Of a stretch of DNA of 64,000 nt, positions 8,615 to 15,544 are shown in pieces. The notes under the pieces were generated by a model. It was not told the origin of the DNA and ran no database searches. It saw only the letters and a program-made list of their open reading frames with translations. Position numbers and translations under genes: made by a program. Location: the NCBI GenBank assembly GCA_035700965.1, contig DASSOC010000001.1:2155-66154 (forward strand), read 5' to 3'. Every line of letters begins with the position of its first letter. The stretch's first letter is position 1. Source of the DNA: Solirubrobacterales bacterium (lineage in GTDB: Bacteria; Actinomycetota; Thermoleophilia; Solirubrobacterales; 70-9).

Positions 8615-8754
8615 GACATGCCCTTGCCCGGGTTGGTCGGTGGAGGTGGGAAACCGGCGCGGGCGCTGACCTGGCAGGCGATGTCGGCGAGGGCGCGGTC
8701 GACCTCCTGGCGGACGAGAGCGCGCAGCTTCTTCTTGGTGAGGAAGAGGACCAT
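8611..8754 (-). CDS. Hypothetical small protein (47 aa)
   Basis: ATG lies directly after the stop of 8755..8985. Read by hand as MVLFLTKKKLRALVRQEVDRALADIACQV...; below the ORF-track length cutoff. Confidence 0.35.
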   Translation of the reverse strand: MVLFLTKKKLRALVRQEVDRALADIACQVSARAGFPPPPTNPGKGMS

Positions 8755-8985
8755 CTACGCTGCCTCCCCCGTGCCTGCGGGGACAGGGTCTATAGGCGCC
8801 GGCTCGGGGAAGGCCTGGGTGACGGTGAGGCCCAACTTGTCGGCGATCGCTTTCTGACTCGCCGGCGAGATGGACTCGCCTTGCTCTGCCGCCCACCAGG
8901 TCGCGTAGCCAATTCCGATCCACTTGGCCATCGCGGCTTTGGACATCCCGCGGTTGCGCCGCTCGGCAGTGAGGTCCACCTTCAT
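8755..8985 (-). CDS. XRE-family HTH protein
   Basis: Contains RRNRGMSKAAMAKWIGIGYATWWAAEQGESISPASQKAIADKLG. Confidence 0.6.
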   Translation of the reverse strand: MKVDLTAERRNRGMSKAAMAKWIGIGYATWWAAEQGESISPASQKAIADKLGLTVTQAFPEPAPIDPVPAGTGEAA

Positions 8986-9284
8986 GAGCGCTGCTGCACT
9001 CCCTGGCCTTCGAGGTCAGTGACGGTGGTCCCGAGAGCCTGCGCGAGTAGGAACATCGTCCTCGCCTGCGGCCGCTGGGTCCGGCCCTCCTCGATGTCGC
9101 CGATCGTCTTGTGGTGCACGCCGCCGGCTTCGAAGCCCAGCTTCTCCCGGGACCAGCCGCGGTTGCGCCGCAATTCCCGCAGCCGGTGGTTGGGGACCCC
9201 TGGAGCTTTGAGCGGCCGACGCTGAATCCGTTGTTGAGTCACAGTCACTGTCGAATTTCTACAGTATCTATCGGAAGACGTCAA
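8982..9284 (-). CDS. XRE-family HTH protein, Cro-like (first gene of the leftward early operon)
   Basis: Contains HRLRELRRNRGWSREKLGFEAGGVHHKTIGDIEEGRTQRP. The ORF-track start is TTG; GTG alternatives at 9248/9242 are more plausible. Confidence 0.6.
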   Translation of the reverse strand: MTSSDRYCRNSTVTVTQQRIQRRPLKAPGVPNHRLRELRRNRGWSREKLGFEAGGVHHKTIGDIEEGRTQRPQARTMFLLAQALGTTVTDLEGQGVQQRS

Positions 9285-9328
9285 GTCCTATCCATTTCCC
9301 TCCCAATCCGATAGCTAGCGTCAGGGGT
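9241..9328. promoter_or_regulatory. Divergent lysogeny-switch region with palindromes
   Basis: AT-richer gap between the divergent HTH genes. Palindrome ACAGTCACTGT at 9241..9251. Inverted 8-mers CTATCGGA (9268..9275) and TCCGATAG (9307..9314). Confidence 0.45.
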
Positions 9329-9628
9329 GTGACCGCCAAGCTTCCCGCCCGCCTTCGCGCTGCCCGGGCCTACGCAGGCCTCACCCAGCCGCAACTGGCG
9401 AGTCGGATAGAGCTCGGGCAGGTCACCTATGCATTGAGCGAGAAAGGTCAGCGCACCGCGCCGCGGCGGGAGCTACTGGCGATCGCCGAGGCCTGCGAGG
9501 TGCCGATGTGGTTCCTCGAGGACGGCTGGGAAGGTTGGCGAGGATCGCTCGACGACATGGCCCAGGATGCATTCCGAAGCGTTCCGCCTCGAACCGCTCA
9601 ACCTGATCGACAGGCGCAGGGACAATGA
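9329..9628 (+). CDS. CI-like XRE-family repressor
   Basis: LRAARAYAGLTQPQLASRIELGQVTYALSEKGQRTAPRRELLAIAEA. It is a plus-strand gene divergent from the early operon. Confidence 0.7.
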   Translation: MTAKLPARLRAARAYAGLTQPQLASRIELGQVTYALSEKGQRTAPRRELLAIAEACEVPMWFLEDGWEGWRGSLDDMAQDAFRSVPPRTAQPDRQAQGQ

Positions 9629-9882
9629 AGCGGCTGCTTTTTTCCGCAGCAGCGGTCGCCGCTGTTCTTGCCGTCTTGCGATCTCGCAGAATTTCTCTGT
9701 GTCCTGGAGAGGAGCCGCCACTCGCCGGCTCAGTTGTCGGCAGAGAATCGACCGAAGTCACCGCCGCTGTCAGGCCGGCTGGGTCATCGGCGACATCGCT
9801 TACTGGGGCGGCGGCACCGTATGGGGTAAGTGGTATCGCGGCAGCAAGTCTTGGGGCTATCGCATCCGGATTACTCGCCTGA
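9625..9882 (+). CDS. Small membrane/secreted protein co-transcribed with the repressor
   Basis: ATGA overlap with the repressor stop. Hydrophobic N-terminus MKRLLFSAAAVAAVLAVL and hydrophobic C-terminus GIAAASLGAIASGLLA. Confidence 0.45.
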   Translation: MKRLLFSAAAVAAVLAVLRSRRISLCPGEEPPLAGSVVGRESTEVTAAVRPAGSSATSLTGAAAPYGVSGIAAASLGAIASGLLA

Positions 9883-9906
9883 ACGAATATTGCGCAATCG
9901 TCGAAC

Positions 9907-9938
9907 GTAGACCTTGGCGCAGTTGCGCCAAGGTCTAC
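9907..9938. terminator. Bidirectional hairpin (14-bp perfect stem, 4-nt loop) between convergent genes
   Basis: gtagaccttggcgc-agtt-gcgccaaggtctac. No U-tract on either strand. Confidence 0.55.
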
Positions 9939-9979
9939 AAGCGGGTTTCGAAGCATGCTGGCTAAGAAGGGGTCCATGA

Positions 9980-10234
9980 TTACTTCACCCGCTGCAGGTG
10001 ACCGCGGCTAGGTAGCGCCGGCGGTGCCTCACCCGCCTCGAGTTCCCGACGCAGCTGCTCCTCGCAACGCGCCAGGTGCGCCGGCGGCCGCCGTACACCG
10101 CGCATCGCGAAGTAGATGCCGAGCAGCTGAGCGCGGTCGAGCACCTCGTCATCCCCAACGGTCGTCTCGGTTTCTCCCCGCCCCACGTGTAGCCCACTCC
10201 CCCACTGGCTCTTTCGGTTGGTCCTGTGCTGCAA
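9980..10234 (-). CDS. Hypothetical protein (84 aa)
   Basis: ORF downstream of the ArsR-like gene in the same insulated unit. Start uncertain. Confidence 0.4.
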   Translation of the reverse strand: MQHRTNRKSQWGSGLHVGRGETETTVGDDEVLDRAQLLGIYFAMRGVRRPPAHLARCEEQLRRELEAGEAPPALPSRGHLQRVK

Positions 10235-10326
10235 GGCGCTGCATTGCTCAGTCAGCGCTGCGCGGGGAAATAAACCGCACGCTTTAGTTGGCTGTCAACC
10301 GTCCAGCGGTGGAAGCTTGTTCACCT

Positions 10327-10926
10327 TCAGCGCTGCGGCGGCAGTTTGAAGAACAGGACGCACGAGGAAGTCCGGATCTCCTCCTCGCCGGTCTGCGCTC
10401 GCCGCTCTGCGCTCTTGGCCGCGATCGAGGCCATCCGCTCCCGGTGCTCTTCGCTGGCGGTAAGAGCCTCCTCGAGTCCCTCTTGATCGAGCGCCAAGGG
10501 CGTACGAGTGATGTGGAACTCCTCATCCCGGCCGACGATCTGCTCGCCGCGTGAAGCCGTGTAGTCGTCGAGGATATGCTGCATGAATTCGTCGACCAGC
10601 GCCTCCGCCGCCATCGGCTGGTCCTTGGCCAACGCCTCCCATTCTTCGAGCTGCAGGAGATGCTGCTCGGTCGCGCGGTAGAAGTGCTCGGTCGCGCCGC
10701 GCACCTGGCGGGTACCGGCGAGCTCTGCGCATCCGTACTCGACGAGTTTTCGCACGTGATAGGCGACGTCGTCGACCTCCGCGCAAAGCTCCCGGGCAGC
10801 AGCGGCAGGGCTGATCGTTCCCCTGTCCCGCATCAGGCGGAGCGCTTCTGCTCGGAGTGGGTGGCTCATGGCCTTCAGACGTTTTCTTGCCGTCTCCCGG
10901 CGCTGGGTCGCGGTAGTGCTTGCCAC
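10327..10926 (-). CDS. ArsR-like winged-helix regulator with C-terminal extension (paralog 2, prophage-borne)
   Basis: MSHPLRAEALRLMRDRGTISPAAAARELCAEVDDVAYHVRKLVEYG plus VRGATEHFYRA. Confidence 0.7.
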   Translation of the reverse strand: MASTTATQRRETARKRLKAMSHPLRAEALRLMRDRGTISPAAAARELCAEVDDVAYHVRKLVEYGCAELAGTRQVRGATEHFYRATEQHLLQLEEWEALAKDQPMAAEALVDEFMQHILDDYTASRGEQIVGRDEEFHITRTPLALDQEGLEEALTASEEHRERMASIAAKSAERRAQTGEEEIRTSSCVLFFKLPPQR

Positions 10927-11144
10927 GGTTTGGGGTTTCCTTTCTCGGGTCTTGAGCAGTTGATGCTAGTCGCTCATTGACGAGATCGCCACCGCTCGCA
11001 AACCGTCTCTGCTGCTGGAAGTGTCTTCACCAACAGCGGCTGGGCGCGCCGGCCGCCTGCGCTTGGGGAAGGAGGTGGTCAAAGATGCAGATCAGCAACG
11101 ACAGGATTGTCCCGGTCGTCGAGACCGGCAAGGGGTCCTAGCCT

Positions 11145-11175
11145 AAAAAATCCCCCCGGCCTCTCGGTCGGGGGG
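11145..11175 (-). terminator. Rho-independent terminator ending the late/lysis operon
   Basis: On the minus strand, stem ccccccg/cgggggg (10-nt loop) is followed by TTTTTT. It lies 32 nt below the stop of 11207..11587. Confidence 0.6.
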
Positions 11176-11206
11176 ACATGAAATACCTGTAGTGTTCCTA
11201 AGCGGG

Positions 11207-11587
11207 TCAGGCAGCGTCGCTCTTTTGGCCGATACCAACATCCCGCGTCGCCGCCTGGCCCGCCTCGAGCGAGACCTCGATCCTCAGCTCTTCGAGTTGC
11301 TCGTGGGCGAGGTTGGCCAACCGCATCGCCGCGATCAGCCTGCCCATCTTCTCCCTGCCCAGCTTCCGCGCCGCCCCGAGCAACCACCCCGAGATGTCGG
11401 CCGCCTCCTCCTGGGCCTCGGCCTGGGCCTCGGCCAGGAGAGTGTCGAGGCCGGCCTCCCAGCCATCGAGGTTGCCCCCGTCGTCGGCTTCGAAGGAATC
11501 GAGGCGCCCCACTACCTGAGAGCGGTAGATCTGCCGGTGGGAGGCGAGCTCGAGCAGCTGCGCCTCGAAGTCGCGATCGCGCTCCAC
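11207..11587 (-). CDS. Hypothetical acidic helical protein
   Basis: 126-aa ORF. The GTG start abuts the upstream stop. Confidence 0.5.
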   Translation of the reverse strand: MERDRDFEAQLLELASHRQIYRSQVVGRLDSFEADDGGNLDGWEAGLDTLLAEAQAEAQEEAADISGWLLGAARKLGREKMGRLIAAMRLANLAHEQLEELRIEVSLEAGQAATRDVGIGQKSDAA

Positions 11588-11914
11588 CTACACCGCCCCC
11601 GGGAGGTGGCGGGCGGCGATCGCCGCCAGGTCCTCGCGCCCGGCGATCCCGAATGCCCGTTCGACCGCCCGCCTGCTCTTGCCCGAATCGAAGGCCAGGA
11701 CCTCGATCACCGAGCCGGCGATTCTCACCACCGCATAGCGCGTCAGAGCCGTTCGCCTACGCCTTCTGGAGGCGTTCCGAACGGAGCGGCGGTCTTTGTA
11801 GCCCGTCTCTATCTTCCATAGGCGCGAGCGGCAGGAATTGGAGCAGGTGCGTCCGGGACAGGGGATGCTGCATCCGGGCGCCGCGCAGGGCGTCTCCTCA
11901 GCGGCGGACCGCAT
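11588..11914 (-). CDS. Hypothetical basic Cys-rich protein
   Basis: 108-aa ORF with CAAPGCSIPCPGRTCSNSC. Start uncertain; it overlaps the holin-like gene by 17 nt. Confidence 0.4.
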   Translation of the reverse strand: MRSAAEETPCAAPGCSIPCPGRTCSNSCRSRLWKIETGYKDRRSVRNASRRRRRTALTRYAVVRIAGSVIEVLAFDSGKSRRAVERAFGIAGREDLAAIAARHLPGAV

Positions 11915-12086
11915 CGACCACCTCGGAGACCGCGGCGGGGGCGAAGGCGATCGCCACGGCGATCACCGCGGCGATGGCGGGGTCGAGGCCTGCCTTGGTA
12001 AGGAGGCCGTAGATCGAGCCGGCCAGGGCGATCCCGGTGACGGTCTCGGTGGGCCGCTTCTGCACGGCGGCTTGGATCAGGTTCAT
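11898..12086 (-). CDS. Holin-like small membrane protein
   Basis: 62 aa with two hydrophobic segments, immediately downstream of the endolysin. Confidence 0.5.
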   Translation of the reverse strand: MNLIQAAVQKRPTETVTGIALAGSIYGLLTKAGLDPAIAAVIAVAIAFAPAAVSEVVDAVRR

Positions 12087-12112
12087 GGTTCTTCTCCTTG
12101 TGGGTCGAACCC

Positions 12113-13714
12113 TCAGCGCCCGAGGGCGCCGAGGGGGTTGATCGGTTCAGGCGCGAGCTGCTTGAGCTCGACGCTCGAGGCGCCCGCCAGCGCGGGCTTC
12201 ACCGTCCGGGCCCGCGGGGGCTCTCGCACCCGGCGGGGCAGGTCGCGCACCCGGAGCTTCGCTAGCGCGCTGGTGCCGCCGTAGACCTTGGAGACGTCGA
12301 CCTGGCCGGCGACGCCGGCGACGCTGGCGGTCCAGGTGTACTGCCACAGGGCCCAGCTCGACCACGGCGGCGAGGGGACCGTCGGATGGGCGACGCCGAT
12401 GTTCGCGATCCACAACCGGTAGTGGTTGAGGAAGCCGCAGCTGCTCAGGTGTTCGGCGACGTAGCCGGGGTAGGTGTAGACGATCGGCTTCTCGCCGAGG
12501 ACCTGCTTGAGGGTGTGGACGAATTCGCCGACTTCGTGGCAGACCGCGGCGTCGGATTGGGAGGTCGCCTCCTCGACGTCGACGAACGGCTGTAGGAAGC
12601 CCTTGCCGTAACCGGCGTGGCCGATCGTGTTGGCGAAGAAGGCGGCCTCGGCCCTGCCCGACGCCCCGCCGGGGCTCAGCCAGTGGTAGACGCCCGGCAC
12701 CAGGTGCGCAGCGCCGATCGCGCGGACCTGGGCGCGGCCGAAGCAGGGGTTGACGTAGGTGGTGCTCTCGGTGGCCTTGGTGACGGCGAAGGTGGCGCCG
12801 TCGCGGCGCACCGCGGCGAAGTCGATCGAGCAGCCGTTGTTGGAGGAGACGTCGATGCCCCACGCCTTGCGGTTCGGCGCGCGGTGCTTCGTGTGGTGCT
12901 TGTGGTGGAGCTTCTTGGGGTGCGGCCGCTTTTTGAGCGGGTGTGCCGCGGGCGCCGGGGCGCCGGCGGCCGGGACCTGCTCGGGGGTCGTCTTCACCGG
13001 CTTTGAGATCGGCCGCCGCAGCCGCTTCCAGGTGCGCTTGTTGATGACGCCGGTGACCGGGATCCGCTGGCCCTCCTGGAAGCGCTTGACGATCCGCTTC
13101 GTCTGGAAGGTGAAGCGGCCGTCGGGGTCGAGTTCCTTGAAGCCGTGGCCGCGGAGCAGCTTCTCTGCCTTGCGGACGTAGGCGCCTTGGCCGGGGCCGC
13201 CGGAATGCTGGCGCAGCGTCGGGGAATGGAGGTTCAGCCCCGGATCCGGCCGGTGGTAGCAGCCGGTGTAGTTCTGGTGCCACCACTCGCTGGGAGCTTC
13301 GGTCTTCGCCCAGCAGAAGTGCCGGCCGATCTTCTCGATGACGCCGACGGTCAGTCGGGAGGCGTCGATCGCGGTGCCCCAGCCGTGGTTGGAGGTGCCC
13401 GGCAGTGCCGCGTTGGCGCAGAGGCCCTGCAGGCACCAGAAGGCGCGGTAGTAGACCTGGCGGGCGAGCGGCCGGTAGGCGGAGTCGCAGCCATTGTCGG
13501 GGAGCTGGCGGGCCGAGGCGAGCGCCATGGAGTTGTAGGCGGCCGCCGCGGTGTTGGCCAGCTGGCCCTCGGGGCGTTCGCATTTAACCCCGGTGGCGAT
13601 CGGCGCCAGGGCCGATTCGGGGAGCTCGCCGTTGGTGTAGGCGCCGGCGCCGGGAGCACCGAGGCCGAGCAGGATGAGAAGGGCTGCGATCAGCGCAGCC
13701 TTAGTCCGCCGCAT
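12113..13714 (-). CDS. Secreted multidomain endolysin (M15/VanY-like peptidase + PG-binding + GH25 muramidase)
   Basis: Signal-like MRRTKAALIAALLILLGLGAPGAGA. Also SAYRP...SNHGWGTAIDA (M15), a PG_binding_1-like YVRKAEKLLRGHGF...VTGVINKRTWKRL, and GH25-like GIDVSSNNG... Confidence 0.8.
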   Translation of the reverse strand: MRRTKAALIAALLILLGLGAPGAGAYTNGELPESALAPIATGVKCERPEGQLANTAAAAYNSMALASARQLPDNGCDSAYRPLARQVYYRAFWCLQGLCANAALPGTSNHGWGTAIDASRLTVGVIEKIGRHFCWAKTEAPSEWWHQNYTGCYHRPDPGLNLHSPTLRQHSGGPGQGAYVRKAEKLLRGHGFKELDPDGRFTFQTKRIVKRFQEGQRIPVTGVINKRTWKRLRRPISKPVKTTPEQVPAAGAPAPAAHPLKKRPHPKKLHHKHHTKHRAPNRKAWGIDVSSNNGCSIDFAAVRRDGATFAVTKATESTTYVNPCFGRAQVRAIGAAHLVPGVYHWLSPGGASGRAEAAFFANTIGHAGYGKGFLQPFVDVEEATSQSDAAVCHEVGEFVHTLKQVLGEKPIVYTYPGYVAEHLSSCGFLNHYRLWIANIGVAHPTVPSPPWSSWALWQYTWTASVAGVAGQVDVSKVYGGTSALAKLRVRDLPRRVREPPRARTVKPALAGASSVELKQLAPEPINPLGALGR

Positions 13715-13771
13715 AGCGGACCTCCTTTCGTCGGGTGTCTATGGAGGCCGCGCTCTAGGCGGCGAGTGGAG

Positions 13772-14347
13772 CTACTTGGAGCAGGTCGGGGCGGCGAGGG
13801 TGCCGCAGACCGCGCCTTCGGCGGCGTGGCCGGCTTCCTTGACGGCGCCGCCGGCGGTGTTGCCTACGCCTTCGGCCACGCCGCCGGCGGCGCCAGTGGT
13901 CTGTTCGACCGTGCCCTTCGCCGGGGGTTCGCCGCTCGAGGCCGGCGGCGGCGCGGCCGCGGGAGGACCGGCAGAGCTGCCGGTCGAGCCTTTGGGCTGA
14001 GGCGGCAAGCTCGGCGCGGGAGCCGGATGATCGCCGTGGTGATGTTGGCCTTGGCCCCCGCGGCGGGGGCCGTGTTGCTGGTGGCCGGTCGAACCGGTCT
14101 GAAGGGCATCACCTCCCCGCTTCCCTCGGGCTTCTCGAGGGAGGGCGATATGCGCCTGATGTAGGGCATGGTTGATCCGCCCGATCGCACGATGGTCTGA
14201 TCTGTGGGCCTCTTGGCCCTGGTCGATCCGGTGTTCGATGTGGTTCCCCCAGATGCCGGCCACCACGAGCAGGATCACGAGGCCGATCAGCCCCCCTACT
14301 AGGTGATACCCGGTCGTCGCCAACTGCCGCTGCAGTGCGTTCCTCAC
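13772..14347 (-). CDS. Membrane-anchored His/Pro-rich protein (lysis region)
   Basis: GTGA coupling to the upstream gene. TM segment YHLVGGLIGLVILLVVAGIWG. Confidence 0.45.
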   Translation of the reverse strand: MRNALQRQLATTGYHLVGGLIGLVILLVVAGIWGNHIEHRIDQGQEAHRSDHRAIGRINHALHQAHIALPREARGKRGGDALQTGSTGHQQHGPRRGGQGQHHHGDHPAPAPSLPPQPKGSTGSSAGPPAAAPPPASSGEPPAKGTVEQTTGAAGGVAEGVGNTAGGAVKEAGHAAEGAVCGTLAAPTCSK

Positions 14348-14658
14348 AGGTGTCCTCCGATCGTCAGTGCGATCCCGATCGCAGCGAAGAGGAAGAGGAA
14401 GACGCCCTCGCCGATCTTCACCGCTGCGGCTTTTCCCTTCCCCTGGTCCCGGGTGGACTCCAGGGAATCGATCCGCCTGTCGTGCCCTTCGAGCATCCGC
14501 TCGATCCGGGCGCCGAGGCCGTCGATCTTCTCCCCCACCTTCAGGTGCTCTTCGCTTGACTTACGCTGGAAATCCGACATCCGGCGGTCGAGAGAATCGA
14601 CTTTTCCCTCAAGACGCCCGAATTCCCTGGCGGTCGGTTGGTCATCAGCAGGCGGCAT
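14344..14658 (-). CDS. Coiled-coil protein with C-terminal TM segment (holin/spanin-like)
   Basis: ATG at 14658 (MPPADDQ...) is preferred over the ORF-track start 14820. C-terminal GVFLFLFAAIGIALTIGG. Confidence 0.45.
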   Translation of the reverse strand: MPPADDQPTAREFGRLEGKVDSLDRRMSDFQRKSSEEHLKVGEKIDGLGARIERMLEGHDRRIDSLESTRDQGKGKAAAVKIGEGVFLFLFAAIGIALTIGGHL

Positions 14659-14800
14659 CAACGGGCGGCTCCCTCCTTGCCGTGGTTTGCAGTAATGGAG
14701 ACGGCCTTCTATGCTCAGAGCCGCCTTAGAAAGCGCCCCCGCGACGAAGCAACCGTCCGGGGGCACGGCCATCGGCAGCACCCACAGAAAGGAACCACCG

Positions 14801-15544
14801 ATGACGAACCCACTGTACAAGCGCTTCTCCCGCGTCCTCCGACGCTCCTACCCCAGCGTTGCCGCCACGGTCGCCCTGGTCGTCGCCCTCGTCGGCGTCC
14901 CCGGGGTGACTGCGGGCGGTCTGCTCGTCACCACGAAGCAGATCAAGAACGGCACGATCAGGGCGAAGGACATCCACAAGGGCGCGATCCGCACCGCGAG
15001 CATCCGCAAGAACGCGGTCCTCTCGGCGGACATCCAGACCGGCGCGATCGAAAGCAGCGACATCGGCGAAGGGCAGGTGACGACCGGAGACATCGGCACC
15101 GGTCAGGTCACTCCGGAAGACGTGACGATGCCCGCGCCGGGGCAGTTGAAGTTCGCCGGGACTGCGACGATTGAACCGCCGCAGGGCGCCCTTGATTTCG
15201 CAAAGCTCGTCGACCTCGGCACTTACACGAAGAGCACGGCCGAATCAGCGCTTGAAGTTACTTGGACCGGCTCTGTGGAAGGACGGAACGGTGGCGAAGT
15301 CTCGGGCTGCGTGTTCCAGTTGCGGATCGACGGAAAGCCAGCACCTGGCGGTGGAGGGGAAGTGTTCGGCCTCAACCTAGTGAGCGTGTCGTCGTCGGCG
15401 GTCTTCACCGGCCTTTCTCCCGGCCCGCACACCATCGAAGTTTGGGCGAAGGTAAACGTTGCGACTACGAGCAACCGCTGCACCGTCGGTCCGGAAAAGG
15501 CGGGGGTCGACCAAACCGTTGTGGCTAGCGAGAAGGTGCTGTAG
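14801..15544 (+). CDS. Reverse-strand moron: membrane-anchored protein with six tandem 10-aa repeats
   Basis: ATG at 14801 has AAAGGAA upstream. TM segment VAATVALVVALVGV, then repeats IKNGTIRAKD/IHKGAIRTAS/IRKNAVLSAD/IQTGAIESSD/IGEGQVTTGD/IGTGQVTPED. Confidence 0.6.
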   Translation: MTNPLYKRFSRVLRRSYPSVAATVALVVALVGVPGVTAGGLLVTTKQIKNGTIRAKDIHKGAIRTASIRKNAVLSADIQTGAIESSDIGEGQVTTGDIGTGQVTPEDVTMPAPGQLKFAGTATIEPPQGALDFAKLVDLGTYTKSTAESALEVTWTGSVEGRNGGEVSGCVFQLRIDGKPAPGGGGEVFGLNLVSVSSSAVFTGLSPGPHTIEVWAKVNVATTSNRCTVGPEKAGVDQTVVASEKVL

